Assembly: GCF_964194025.1 (NCBI RefSeq)
Contig: NC_134479.1
Coordinates: forward strand, 41,912,001 to 41,976,000
DNA length: 64,000 nucleotides
Origin: Convolutriloba macropyga
Taxonomy: Eukaryota
Direction: 5' to 3'
Numbering within the stretch: the first letter of the stretch is position 1; every line of letters begins with the position of its first letter. Positions 50,059 to 64,000 of the stretch are shown one piece after another. Below the pieces are notes generated by a model. It made no database searches, was not told the DNA's origin, and saw nothing but the letters and a program-made list of their open reading frames with translations. The position numbers were made by a program, and so were the translations under genes.

Positions 50059-50364
50059 CAGAAGTCATACGAAATTTCGAGTTCAGAAAATAATTGACTC
50101 AAAAGCAAGAAATCATAATCAGTCGAATCAGTATCTTTCTGTCGAAAATGACGAAAATGCTTTTTTTGGAAACAAAGCCAGCTTTCCTGAAAAATGCGTA
50201 GAATTATACACACAGGGAAGATCACAAAGCACCGTTTCGGGGGAAAAACACGAAAACAATTTTCATTTTAGTGATAGGCAATATACATACCAACGCAAAT
50301 TAACTCCACCTTGACTTTCAAAGAAGTTGTGCATTTAGCCCGTTTGACCGTACTTCAAGGGCCG

Positions 50365-50642
50365 TGGCCATGCCTTAGCGGCCTTGGGCACTTGATATGA
50401 AAACATCACTACCGAATATATTATTGCCACTTAATTTTTGATAAGAAACAAAATCCCAATGAAATAAAACCACACGGAATTAAGCCCCCACTTAATTTTA
50501 GATGGGAAAAAAATTCCCCGCGGAAATAAAATTCCACCTGAATCTTAAAGAGCATGCGCTCATATCGCGTTTGGCCATGCCTTAGCGGCCCTCAGGACTT
50601 GATATGATACTATCACTACCGACCAACTAATCACGACCGAAA
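50365..50642 (+). repeat. Dispersed short repeat GGCCATGCCTTAGCGGCC..ACTTGATATGA..ATCACTACCGA (two copies here; also at about 15121 and 17502)
   Basis: Direct comparison of four copies. Confidence 0.7.
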
Positions 50643-52759
50643 TTCAAGTTTAAAATGGGGGGTTTATTTCCATAGGGTATAATTCTTTGGGTTTTTCCTG
50701 TCTAAACTAGGGTGGAGTATTTTTCGTGTGGTTTTCGTTCCTACCCGAAACCTAACCCCTTGAAATTTCAGAGTCGAATCTTTACTTTCCCATTTTAACT
50801 CGGAACACCAGTTCTGAATCATTATATTTGCAGTCCATCTATAGGTTTTAAAGAGCCTAACAAGTTCAAAAAAGTTTTCCAATCATGACATTGTACTTGG
50901 CAGATTTAAACTCGATTTTTACCGTGACCACAATTTATGTCAAATTGAAATTTTAACAAAAACAACCGAGCATGACGAAATCGCATAAAAACTGGCGTCG
51001 TACAATGTAAGGACACGTTACAGGAAATCAGAAATCAGGAACTGTGTGTCCAGGGAAGGTGTTTGATTGAAACAGAACAGATCCAGGTTGGGAGGGAGTG
51101 GGGTGGTCTGCGTTTGATTGAGACAGAATAGATCCCGGGTGGTGTTTGATACGAGCATGGTGTGACCTACACCCTCTCTTGCCCTCGTGATACCATCACC
51201 CCCTCCTCCAACAACCACCACCACCACCATCAACCAAACCCCCGGCCCAGACACCAATAATTGGGGGATAACCCTCATACATGATCTTTTTTCCACCCTT
51301 TTATAGCCGTTTAATTAATTTTGTACTTCGGAAAATGTGAACTATGAACACGGCGGTGTTGTCCACAATTTTGGAAATGGAAAAGGTTGGCCCTCTATAC
51401 GGATCCAATTTTCCAAATACTTTATGAGAAATGTAATATTTGATGACTGTGTATTTTTATTTGTCTGAATATTTACTGACTATTGTAATTCTCATAGAAA
51501 ATTCAGACTATGCTGATCTTTTTTCTGAGTACTTTTGTTCAGACTGATGTTTTCTTCTGAGCAGTTGTGACACATTATGATTATGTAGTTAAGAACAAAT
51601 TCAGAATAACTTGGGTTGTCCTGATTTTTTACTCTGATCATTCCAATTTTTGACATGATCATGATACTTGACAGATTAAAATACAGAATCAAAGTTAATA
51701 TGATTCAGCTTTGAAAATAAATGTGACCTCAGTAGACCCCGCAAAAGGTATATGATCCGAGGTAGTCAGCTGGGTAACTATATTTGAACAAATTTCGTAA
51801 AGGCGCATGAAAACTTTTTCATTGTTGTTTTGAAAATCATAATGTCAGTTATAGATATGCGCCTCAGTTTGTGTTCGAAAAATTGTGTTCTGTTTTCTTA
51901 TTGTTCATAGAGCATATGAGCGTTCGCTTTCTATCTTTCTATCCTTTAACCATTAGATTATTGATCTCTAAACATCACTTATAATAAGTTCAGAGATAAT
52001 TACGCCTGTGTGAATACATATAAAAGCATAATCTGATCAAGATCAAAGATAATATTCTGTATATAATTAAGTTCAAAATAATTAATAAATGAATTATAAT
52101 GTACTAAATTGTGTACGTCCGTCGAACCTGCATGTGTAAAAAGCGCAGCGAGAACATTCATCGAAGAAAGCATGAAGAAAATACAATCAAACGATTGATT
52201 TTTTTGCATGTTTTTAACTTAATCAAATCAACTTTGTTTTCTACAGTTTTCTGGCCAAAAAGTTATTCAGACGTGATAGAAATTACAGAACTAGATAAGA
52301 GTTCTTTAGTTATTCAAAAAGCTAGAAAGTTGAACATATAATATGATAGTTCGTATAAACAAAACTGTGTAAACAATTTTGAAACTTTCGTTGAACTGTT
52401 TAGAATTATATTTTGATTAGGAAAAAATTGTTTATTGCATATCCCTTAAATTAGTCAGATTTATTAGACCAGTTAGAATCATTGTTAAAGAATTATAAGA
52501 CACTATTAAATACGATTTTTGGGTCTTAATTCAACTTTCTTAAGCACGTTTCTTCATCCAATTATTGTAAAAATTTGAGCAATTACATTTTATGGTTCGA
52601 AATTTGGCTCCCGTTTTTTTTTTAATCAGATATCACCCACAATAGAATTTATTGAATAAAACTGTACACCGCATTTGATCTAAATTAACCTTTTCTATTC
52701 TATCTTATATTTCAAAAACCGCCGTTTGGAGAAAAAGAAGTTTCCGGTTTTTAATCCTT

Positions 52760-52991
52760 ATGAACAAATTTGTAGCTGCAAACTTGCAAGTTCGCGACCA
52801 AAACGGCGAACGCGATGCATTATTACCAAATAAGGAACAGCATAATGGCAACTCCAGTACGACTTATTCCTCCTCGGATTTCGAGGACGCCGAGTCGTGT
52901 GGAGTCGGAAGATGGACTCCTAGATTTATCCAGATTTTTAACAATGCCGGATGCGCTTTGGTCTTCCTGTGCTTGCTAGTTTGTGTTGAAG
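52760..52991 (+). CDS. Organic anion transporting polypeptide (OATP/SLCO, SLCO4-like), exon 1
   Basis: CGVGRWTPRFIQIFNN..ALVFLCLLVCVEG is a typical SLCO4-type N-terminal motif followed by TM1; donor GAAG|gtagt, phase 1. Confidence 0.85.
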
Positions 52992-54099
52992 GTAGTTATT
53001 AAATAATAAGGATCTCTTTCCATTAATGCCCCCCCCCCCTCAAGTAAGTTATGCGCCCCAGTTACAGAGCATGTGTCATTATATTGTAACAGTACTAGTG
53101 GTTGCAATAGAAAAACATTTTAAAAATTCTAAGGGGACACCATCCCTTTTTTGTTCAGTTCAGTTTAGCTCTGTTTACAAAGTTACATTTCACACATCGG
53201 CATATAAAGCGCATGGTTATTTATTTCTGGCGAATTATCAAGAAGTTCAAACACAATTTCTCAATAGTCGACTTGTTCGGTTTCCAAAATCTTGGTTTAC
53301 ACGGTATATGTAATTGAACCGAAGATTGTTTTTTTTTTTGTGGAAAAAGGGTCGTCCGTTTTGGGCCTGTCTGGTTTTCGATCGTTTGATTTCCTGCCTT
53401 CGGACTTGCGTCATATTTTCGGTATTCTAGTCAGTGCGTTCTAGCTCTTGTACGTCAAAGTCTCCCCAACAAGCGTAGGTGGTATAGTTTCAGGGCTATT
53501 AAGCGAAGTCGTTGCTTCTTTTGATCCTACTGGCCGTTTAGTAGCATGATGCAGTATTTCTTTTTCAAATTTGTTTTAAATTTCCTCTGCTTGGATGCCA
53601 ATTTTGGGATGCATTGGTCGCAATGGAACCACATAACAGGTGTATTCAATTAAATTCTTTTCAAGCTCTTATTTTCTTTGTTGATAATTACAAATTCTTT
53701 CGGTTCTTAGACAGGATTTAAAAAATCCATTACATTTCATAATCATGAAATATTATCTTTTGAGATGAGCCTATTATTACGTAGAGTCCAAAATTTTTTT
53801 TAAGGCATGATATAGAACAAACATTTTTTTTACTGACACAAGACTTTTCTGATTAGATATTGTTTCCAATGGTTAGATATGTTGGAGAGTTGCTGACTGC
53901 TTTTTCCTGAAGCCGTATTTCTTTAGGTGAAACTTCATCGGAGAAAAACAACTCGCTTCAAATAATATGAGGTTTAGCAAAGCTTTGGAAAAACAGCGAG
54001 AACACTAATTTGTCGACAGCAAAATAGCTATTCTTATTTTGGTCCAGAAAACTGGTGTTAGAAATAGAAGTAGAACTAAACGGCTCAACTCTTGTTTAG

Positions 54100-57000
54100 G
54101 GAATTACATAACGCATACAAACTAAAACAATGACCAGCTTTCAAAAATAAAGCAAAAAAAAAACGGTAAAAGACCTGCAAAAAGGGCAACAACATTTTAT
54201 ATAAAAAACGTCAAACAATTCAAGTCTTCTAAAAAAAGATTTTATCACAATCCAAAATGAACCTCGCTTTAGTCATGTCAAAGTGTATTATGTTTCTTTG
54301 TAAAAGGAAGTTGGCAGCAGGTTGCGATCTAAGGAGCAAATTTTCATCTGTTTTGAGTTTTTTGTTCTTTATTAGTTCAAAGTGGCCAGTTCGATGAGTC
54401 CTAGTATGAAATCTCGTAAAACCAAGATCGAGATCACGATCTGTTTGTGATAGCTGCAAACACAATTGTAAAAAGTGTAGACACTTCATGCATATAACAT
54501 AACTGCTCACACCGGTATTCAACATAACTGCTCATACCACTTCAGACAACAAAATTGAAAATGTTCAAGTTTTTTAAGGACGCTACAGAAGAGGTGCCAT
54601 GTCGGAGAACCAAATTGCAAGCTTGATAAAACGAGTGACTTATAGAAATTTGGGTCTTGAGATAGTTACTAGCTGCGGAAAATATTAAAAAAACTTTGAC
54701 ACTTTTACAATACACAGATTGAGAAGTTTATCCCATGTCAAGTTTTTACAAAAAACGATTCCCAAGTCCAGGATGGAGTCTGCGTATTGGAAGACTGAGC
54801 CGTTGAGGTAGAATCCAGCTTTGTTATAATGTCCAAACGAAAGGAGCTTGCATTTTCCGGGCTGAAAGTCTAATTCATTGACCTGCGACAAAATTCAGAG
54901 AGATTTCAATAGCTCGTTGATTGTAAATTGATTGAGACTCCGTGAAAACTTTGAGGTCGCCACAAAACAAATAAGGTTTCCAATGTTCGAGCGAGTCAGC
55001 CAAATAGATAATAAATAAACTGAGTAATAGTGGCCACAACACACTACCCTGAGGAACACCAGACGTAACTTCGTTAGAGAAAGTCTTATCAGCTTTAAAT
55101 TTCCGTGTACTGCAGTTTAAATAAGACTCGATGAATTCAAAAAAAAGCAGAATCAAAGCCAAAAGAAGCTAATTTTATATGGAGCAAAAAAAGTTGGATG
55201 GTAACAAATGCCTATCTGACGTCAAAATGTACAGCCAAACAGTCTGCATGCCAATCTATGCAACCTAAAAACTCTCCAAATAAACGAAAATATAATTAAC
55301 AGTGCCGCAATTCCTCACTAAACCATGTAGCTGCCTCTTCAACTGATATTGCACCCGAGCGTTTAAAAAAGTTAAACATGAACCGTTCAAACAGGATTGA
55401 TTTTTTTTCGGTAATATTCTAATTGGCCGGTGATCTGATATATCTTGCATTGAACTTCTTTTGTTTCATAAGGAAACAAATGAGCTTTTCCGCTGATGAG
55501 GTTATACAGGAGACCTCAAAATGTTTTGTAAAAAAATCAAAAACTGAGAGTGCCAGTAGGTGAGCGCATTCTGATAGAACAAACGGAGGAATATATCACT
55601 GTCCATAGATGAACCATTATTACAAAACCTCAAAGCATTGCAAATATCAGTTATAGCGAAGCAGAAACCACCCAACGGAGTGTCATCCAGTGTTTGAATT
55701 TTTGTCCTTGAGGTTGTTATCTGTAACAGAGCTAAAACCCAGCTTTGAGGTCACCGTAAAACATGTTGCATGGATAAGTGGAACCAAACTTAAGGGAGCG
55801 TAGGAACTGAAAGCAGTGTCTTTGATTTGGTTAAATGAAAAATTTCGACAAACAAGCAATTATCCATTTCAAATGATGACTACAAATCGATGGCCAGCTT
55901 TGCTTTTGGAGCTGAGGTTTGAACCAAAAATGTTTTTGAAAACTTTCGAGAAAGTTTTTCACGTCGGTTGAAAAGATGCATTGTATGCAATGAATAGAAA
56001 TATGGTACACTATGTCCTTTTATTTGTTTGATGCGACAGACTTTGACAACGCTTTGTTAAGACAGTCGCACTATGTCGTATAATACTGACAAATAAGAAA
56101 TGAGTTCACAGTAAAGAATCGACAAAACTCTGTCAAACTATTATTAAAGATATGAATATATATCAAGGCACACAAAATAACCTTTTCAGTAAAATTTTCT
56201 GAAGAGAACTTTATTTGGGAGCAAATTGCTTTTTGATCACTAAAGCTTGTTTTAAAAATCCAAAATGGAAGATCATCAGCACATGATAAAATGAGATCAA
56301 GTGTATTACCATGTCCATGTGTACCTTGATCTAAGAATAGATTCAACCCGTAACATTTAATAAGCTCAAAGAAATTACTAGCATTGAATTTTCAGAGGCT
56401 AGCATTGACAATCAATTCCAGGAAAGTTGAAATCCCCGAGAAAGTAAAAACCAAAATTGTTTTGCCCTCTAGAAGTTGAAAATTGGGAAAACGGATAGCG
56501 GTAATCCCGAAACAGTCAGCCATAGATACAGAAGTAACATCAAAAACTGATGAGGTAGGTGGATTGTTTTTATTTACGAAGAAATTTACTATCCAATCTC
56601 CTAATGTTGAGCAACAGCAACTAAAGAATTATGACTGCAAAGATAAATCGTTTGACTTCAAAATGAAATCAAACGGTACAACAAGAAACCAACTTGTTCA
56701 TTATGATTTCCGTGCAATAATTTGTAAATTATTTCCGTGCAAAAATTTGTAAAGATTTCCGTGCACTAAATTGTAAAACTGACGCTAAAAACATTTCTGA
56801 ATTTTGTTTTTCAGTTGATAATCAACTTTCTCTAAAATACACAACAGAAGACTCAGATAGTGCGAATATTTGAAAATCAAATTCTCGGCAATCCATAGAT
56901 CTGATTGGTTGACAAATAAACAGCAAGTATTCAATATTTTTTAGTCATGAAGGTACGTTTATGACCGGAACGCAAACACCTCTACAGAAAAGCTCCAGAT

Positions 57001-57500
57001 TTCTAATTCTTAAATCATATCGATCTTTGCCTTCCGTGTTTAAAATCTCGCAACGTTTCGCTAAAATTCTGTTTTCAACTTCTTTATCAGCCGATGACAG
57101 GAACTTCCTAACGTATACCGGAAGCGGGTAAATGTGTAGCTTGCACCTCCGAGCAAAACGTTTTGACAAAAATTGGGAATTATTAGACGATACCGTTAAA
57201 GGCCTGCTTTTTCGCCTATCGCTATTCACGAAGTTCGCTCCATCAAATCGTTGGACAGACACTGCATTTTTGTCGGATTTTAATCAAATATGTTTCATAA
57301 TCTGATCAATTTCTGCAAAACCGTTGTCTAACTTGCCATTAACTGAATCAGCTTTCTCAGGTACACCTGTTAATTTAAACTGTCATTTATTTGACGTCTT
57401 CAGGTGATATAAAGACACAGGTGCCAAGAGACGAAGCTCCACAATTCTTGAATCCAATCGCAGATTGGTCGTCGTTTTTAGCTGATTTTTTTTTACAGAA
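54100..57500 (-). mobile_element. Decayed CR1/L2-group LINE (ORF1 remnant, APE endonuclease, RT), antisense in SLCO intron 1
   Basis: Fragments SGVPQGSVLWPLL, LFCGDLK (FADD site), KCKLL..ILDLGIVF..LTW, RPIRILP, GNTLDLI, SDQKAI and ORF1-like RKSRPL..LRIRNL; many stops and frameshifts; ends approximate. Confidence 0.85.
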
Positions 57501-57978
57501 AAAGGAATTTTGCTTGTCCCGTTCTCGTCATTGCATTTAGTGTATGAATCTATTTAATGGACTGGTTGTGATTGTGTTGCTTGACTGATTCTCCGATATG
57601 GCGAAAAACGATCTATTTTCAGCATATTTAAATAATAACGCTTTAATGTTTTGCTGACCATTCCATTGCGCATTTTTGAATTAGATTACCAAGATTGTCC
57701 AGACTATTTAACACTTTGGAACAAGATCAGCCACGTTATCTAGGATAATTTTATTGCAAGTTAGGTTAATGAGTAGAATTTCTGCTCAGTGTATTTTCCA
57801 TTGGGAAGAAACAAAGAAATTATTGTAAGGGTCAACTTTTTAAATTCGCTACTGGCTTCGCTTCCAAGAAATTAGTTGATTGTGTCCAAAGTGTTGCCTA
57901 AAAATTATCAAACAATTTCTTCAAGTTTGGTTTCTGTGGACAATTTGTCCCAAGCTTTCTCAAGCTTTCTGAGTGTTC

Positions 57979-60620
57979 ATAATAAATAAACTGAGTAATA
58001 GTGGCCACAACACACTACCCTGAGGAACACCAGACGTATCTTTAACTTCGTTAGAGAAAGTCTTATCAGCTTTAACTTTCCGTGTACTGCAGTTTAAATA
58101 AGAGTCGATGAATTCAAAAAAAGCAGAATCAAAGCCAAAAGAAGCTAATTTTATTGGGAGCAAAAAAGTTGGATGGTAACAAATGCCTTTCTGACGTCAA
58201 AATGTACAGCCAAACAGTCTGTGCCAATCTATGCAACCTAAAAACTCTCCAAATAAACAAAAATATAATTAACAGTGCCGCAATTCCTGATTAAACCATG
58301 TAGCTGCCTCTTCAACTGATATTGAACCCGAGCGTTTAAAAAAGTTAAACATGAACCGTTCAAACAGGATTGATTTTTTTTGGTAATATTCTAATTGGCC
58401 GGTAATCTGATATATCTTGCTTTGAACTTCTTTTGTTTCATAAGGAAACAAATGAGCTTTTCCGCTGATGAGGTTATACAGGAGACCTCAAAATGTTTTG
58501 TAAAAAAAATCAAAAACTGAGGGTGCCAGTAGGTGAGCGCATTCTGATAGAACAAATGGAGGAATAAAGTCACTGTCCATAGATGAACCATTATTACAAA
58601 ACCTCAAAGCATTGCAAATATCAGTTATAGCGAAGCAGAAACCGCCCAACGGAGTGTCATCGAATGTTTGAATTTTTGTCCTTGAGGTTGTTATCTGGAA
58701 TGAAAACAGAGCTAAGACCCAGCTTTGAGGTCACCGTAAAACATGTTGCATGGATAAGTGGAACCAAACTTAAGGGAGCGTAGGAACTGAAAGCAGTGTC
58801 TTTGATTTGGTTAAATGAAAAATTTCGACAAACAAGCAATTATCCATTTCAAATGATGACTCCAAATTGATGGCCAGCTTTGCTTTTGGAGCTGAGGTTT
58901 GAACCAAAAAAGTTTTCAAAAACTTTTGAGAAAGTGTCTCACGTCTGTTGACAAGATGCATTGTATGCAATGAATAGAAATATGGTACACTATGTCCTTT
59001 TTTTGATGCGACAGACTGTGACAACGCTTTGTTAAGACAGTCGCACTATGTCGTATAATACTGACAATTAAGAGATGAGTTCACAGTTAAGAATCGACAA
59101 AATTCTGCCTAACTATTATTAAAGATATGAATATATATCAAGGCACACGCAAACCCCTTTTCAGTAAAATTTTCAGAAGAGAACTCTATTTGGGAGCAAA
59201 ATGCTTTTTGATCACTAAAGCTTGTTTTAAAAATCCAAATTGAAAGATCATCAGCACATGATAAAATGAGATCAAGTGTATTACCATGTCTATATGTACC
59301 TTGAACTAAGAATTGATTCAACCCGCATCCTTTAATAAGCTCAAAGAAATTACGACCAATTGAACTTTCAGAGGCTAGCATTGAACAATCAATTCCAGGA
59401 AAATTGAAATCCCCGAGAAAGTAAAACATAAAATTGTTTATTCCTCTAGAAGTTGAAAATTGGGAAAACGGATAGCGGTAATCCCTAAACAGTCAGCCAT
59501 AGATACTGAAGTAACATCAAAAAGAAATGAGGTAGGTGGATTGTTAATATTTGCGAAGAAATTGACTATCCAATCTTCTAAAATTGCGCAACAGCAACTA
59601 AAAGATTATGACTCTAAAGATAAATCGTTTGACTTCAATTTGAAATCAAACGGTACAACAAGAAACCAACTTGTTCACTATGATTTCCGGGGGATTGTTC
59701 ACTATGATCAGAAGACTCAGATAGTGTGAATAATTGACAATTAAATGGTATGCGATCCATAGATCTAATTGATTGAGAAATAAACAGCAAGCAATCAATA
59801 TTTTTAGTCATGAAGCTACCTTCATGACCGGAACGCGAACACCTCTACACAAAAGCTCCAGATTTTTATTTTTAAATCAAATCGATCTTTACCTTCCGTC
59901 TTTAACATCTCGCAACGTTTCCAATTCTGTTCTCAACTTCTTTATCAGCCGATGACAGGAACTTCCTAAGGTATACCGGAAGCGGGTAAATGTGTAGCGT
60001 GCACCTCCGAGCAAAACATTTTGACAATAATTGGAATTTTTAGACGATACCGTTAAAGGCCTGCTTTTTCGCCTTTCGCCATTCACGAAGTTCGCTCCAT
60101 CAAATAGTCGGACAGACACTGCATTTCCGTCGGAATTTAATCAAATATGTTTCATAATCTGATCAATTTCTGCAAAACCGTTGTCTAATTTACCATTAAC
60201 TGAATCAGCTTTCTCAGGTACACCTGTTATTTTAAACTTTAAGCTGTCATCAACGTTTTATAAATTTTTTTCTTACAGCTCTATTAGTGCTTTGTACCTT
60301 TTTAAAAGCCTGCGTAGGTTCAATTCTATCTTCAATAACTTTACCCAGAGCTTTTGGCAGGTTGTTTTCAAAAACAAAAGACAATTCGTTCTCAATCATG
60401 TAAGGAAACGAATTCAACTTAGCTTCCGAAGAAGCGGCATCAGTGCTGAGACATTGATCACACAGCCAGACACAACGCTGTTAACCTCTCTGTCATTTGA
60501 CGTCTTCAGGTGATATAAAGACACAGGTGCCAAGAGACCAAGCTCCACAATTTTCGAACCCAATTGCAGATTGGTCGTCGGTCTTCGCTGGTTTTTTTAA
60601 CAGAAAAAGGAATATTGTTT
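57979..60620 (-). mobile_element. Second, 3'-truncated copy of the same LINE (part of tandem duplication 55008-57978 / 57979-61078)
   Basis: GDFNFPGID, GNTLDLI and SGVPQGSV. The duplication includes the non-LINE flank (57500-57978 = about 60600-61078), so it is segmental rather than a new insertion. Confidence 0.85.
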
Positions 60621-62846
60621 GTCCCGTTCTCGTCATTGCATTTAGTGTATGAAACTATTTAGTGGACTGGTTGTTATTGTGTTGCTTGACTGATTCTTCG
60701 ATATGGCGAAAAACGATCTGTTTTCAGCATAATTAAAAAATAATGCTTTAATGTTTTGCTGATCATTCTATTGCGCATTTTTGAATTAGATTACCAAGAT
60801 TTTCCAAACTATTTAACACTTTGGAACAAGATCAACCACGTTATCTAGGATAGTTTTATTGCAAGTTAGGTTAATGAGTAGAATTTCTGCTTAGTGGATT
60901 TTCCATAGGGAGAAATAAAGAAATTATTGTAAAGGTCGACTTTTTAAAAATCGCTAATAGCTTCGCTTTCAAGAAATCAGTTGATGGTGTTCGAAGTGTT
61001 GACTAAAATTTATCACTTTCTTCAAGATTAGTTTCCGAGGACAATTTGTCTCAACCTTTCTCAAGCTTTCTAAGTGTTATTAAACTGCTGATGGAGAAAT
61101 TTTGTTGGTATTTTAGGTTTTTAAATCTATTGATGAAGTTTGGGATAGAACTTGAGTTCCGTTGTAAAACTCAATTGTTGCAAAAATTGTAAAAGGGTCA
61201 CTGTCAATACATTTTCAGTACCTAATTGATTGCTCAAAAGATTCACTGGCGCTTTGGGGTTCCAATTAATAGGCACGAAAGGCAGCAGGTACGGAATTTA
61301 TCCAAACACTGTAACCTTCTATTATACTCTTTTAACAAAAAGACCTAAAGCTAGGCTTCCTCTCGAAAATTTAACGTAACTTCATGTTATGCTTTTAGTT
61401 CAAGCACATGCAGTTTATCCTTACAATGGCAGAAGCATTTCAAAATTGTCCATAATTTGACGCTTTAAACTATTGTCGCTTGGTTCGGAGATTCACGGCT
61501 AATTTGACGCCTGATTTTAAGTGAATGATACGTTTAACACCGAAAATCAGTAAGATAGCCCTGATAAATAACGAATGTAGGCAACCATATAACGTACTTT
61601 TCATTCTCTGTTTACTTTCCGAAATTTGAGCCGTAATTTATAATTTCCCATGCAGTTTTCAATTCCACATCAGTTTTTCCCGAACAAAGTTTTTGCTCCG
61701 GTTTCTCGCGATATTTTTTCGGTAAAATTGTGCTCGAATTGTTGTGCTGAAAGAGAAAAAATTCAAGGAGTGTTACCTTACCTCATATGATTGTTATAAT
61801 AGATTTTTTCCGTGTTGTTGGTTTGCGATAACGGCAATTTGTTCCCTGAATGAATTGATGCTACAATCTGTCCCTCCTTCCTCACACCATGTAATGTACG
61901 ACCCTCTATTCCAATAAATTTTCGAAAGCAGATATTTTTTAGCGAACGAAATAGGTTGGTCTGGAATGATTGTATTTATGTTGAAGTCCCGAAGTCTGAT
62001 GGAGTTTTTTGTTTTGGTAATTTGCAAAATGTGTTGATTATGATTAATGCTTTAATTTTTTACCGCAAAGTACGCAAACGTTGTTCTGAACATAAATTTT
62101 ATTGGGATGGATTGCTTGGGTCGAACAACTCTTTGTTACAGTTTCTAAAAATTGATTATTTGATTTATCTTCTAAATTATTGTGTGATTTTTTATACCAG
62201 TAACAATTTGCTTTTATTGTTTTCGTTATGCATACAGTGTATGTCAAAAACCTGAACATTTTGAAGATTGTGCACCGAAGCCTGATAGATAGATAGATAA
62301 GTCGCAGATTTTGTATAATTTTATTTTTTGTAATTCGAGTTGCAACCGCCACTAGTAACAATACACATTATCTTTGAATATACATTATGGTTAGATTATA
62401 AAAACGGTACAGACGATGCTTAACAAAAACATCATGAATATTACAATCTTCAGACTGAATAAATCAGTAAATATAATTTCACAATTCCAAACTGTACAAA
62501 TTGATCTCGGTCCGTTGACGATCAGCAAGATCAAAGAAGAATCACATTTTTACCTGAAGTTAAAATTCAATTTACTTTGAAAAAAGAAAACTACAGTAAC
62601 ACATCAACATCGCAAAATGATGTTATAAATGTACCTAAAATATGACAAAATAGTGCAAAATATTTGTTAACAATAAGGTAAATATTTTTCTTAAGTGGTT
62701 GTCATAATATGAGACCGACTTTTTTTTCGAAATTTTGAGAAACCGTTCTCCTCTTTTTCTTCCTTCTCTTACTTTAAAAAAATGTAAAATGGAATGGGCA
62801 GCGACCAGATAAACAAACAATTTATTTCTAAATAACTCTGTTTCAG

Positions 62847-63044
62847 GTATGGTGCTTTACGGACTGGCACAGACGACCCTCTCAACCTTAGAAAAGAGAT
62901 ACAGTTTCAAGAGCTCCTCGGCTGGCTTTCTTCTCAGCATGGCAGATGTCGGGATTGCAGTAACACTCATTCCAATCAGCTATTTTGGATCCAATGTCAA
63001 CAAGTGCCAGTGGGTCGCTTACGGAGCTCTCAGTTTTTCAGCTG
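62847..63044 (+). CDS. OATP/SLCO exon 2
   Basis: tttcag|GT; GMVLYGLAQTTLSTLEKRYSFKSSSAGFLLSMADVG..ISYFGS..WVAYGA; donor G|gtaagt. Confidence 0.92.
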
Positions 63045-63433
63045 GTAAGTGCGCGACCCGGCCCGAATTTTTACCCGGCGCAAAAAACAGATGCAAGAGT
63101 AGGGGGTAATCGAGAGAGTTAGAAGTCTGAACACAATTAGATTAGGAGAGGAAATTTTGATTTTGCTAATTGATACTTACACGGGCAAATTTTTAGACTT
63201 TTCTATCTCAAAAACTGTTCACTGTCTTGCTCTATCTATCAGATCTTTCCTTTAAACTTCTAATTTCTACTGTAATTTTTTTTGTTATTCTCCCATTCTT
63301 GACAAACTCGTGTTTCTGAGAAAATCGCTGGAAATAGTATAACCCATAGATCAAATAAAATATATCACCATAAACCAACATTATTGGTTATGAAAACAAG
63401 AATTTCGCTCACCAGGAAAATATTTATTTCCAG

Positions 63434-63646
63434 GTTGCTTCATCTACGCATGTCCCCATTTCCTCAGTCCAGACTACCACCTGTCATCTAATCTGACGTC
63501 ATCACAAGAGGGCCAGCTGTGTACTAAAGGAAATCTTAGTACTCAACTGACAGTTGAGAGAAAGGCGCTGGACTGTGACCCTCATGTGCATGAAAGCAGT
63601 GCAGATGATATGCCAACTGGATTTTTCTACTTTCTATTCTGTGCAG
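63434..63646 (+). CDS. OATP/SLCO exon 3 (gene continues beyond the window)
   Basis: tttccag|GT; GCFIYACPHFLSPDY..QLC..C..FFYFLFCA; donor CAG|gtaagt; 213 nt, open frame. Confidence 0.9.
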
Positions 63647-64000
63647 GTAAGTTTCGACCATTTTTTTTGAAAAATTAAAAGACAATTATGAAATGCTGCA
63701 AAATTTATAAATTCGCAATGCGTGAAAAGTGAGTAAGCGACAGTTTCTTGTGTTTGAAAACCAACCATATCGGCGATACAGCAGAAAAAACACGAACTTT
63801 CGTCGTTTATGTCCAGCTTAAACGTAACATGCCGACTATTTTCCTCTGTTTAAAATCGACAATTTCGGGACTCGGGTGGACGCTTCAATTTGAAATTTCA
63901 GCAAAAAGTCGACCAGGGTGATCAAAATCTGTTCAGTCTTGCCCAGGGTCTGGCTCGGGTCTGTTTAGACTGGCCCAGTGTGATCAAACCTGGGATGTCT

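Noticed and set aside
49859-50314. 151-aa ORF
   Set aside because: TTG start, reads through a MITE, no recognisable domain

Overview
AT-rich, intron-containing eukaryotic genomic DNA, most likely from an invertebrate animal; the taxon cannot be assigned from sequence alone. There are two assembly gaps (3384-3647, 25457-25656). Four host genes are supportable. (1) A partly duplicated two-exon group XII-like secreted phospholipase A2 locus (- strand, 3.8-10.8 kb), with two exon-1 copies and three exon-2 copies, of which only one is in frame. (2) An intronless KATNAL2 (23035-24798, -). (3) A mu/26-kDa-type glutathione S-transferase (32477-41780, +); its start exon was not found and its last intron lacks a good GT donor. 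(4) The first three exons of an OATP/SLCO transporter (52760-63646, +). The rest is mobile or repeated DNA: a frameshifted SGNH-esterase retroelement ORF1, a nearly full-length but mutated CRE-clade RLE retrotransposon, two decayed CR1/L2-type LINE copies, a Tc1 relic, Merlin-like MITEs with 8-bp TSDs, tRNA-derived SINE heads, foldback inverted repeats and four kb-scale tandem duplications. The best novelty candidate is the CRE element: once a 1-nt frameshift is repaired, its ORF begins with an MRG15/Tudor-knot-like chromo-barrel domain, suggesting a chromatin-reading RLE retrotransposon. All family assignments come from manual motif reading, not database searches.
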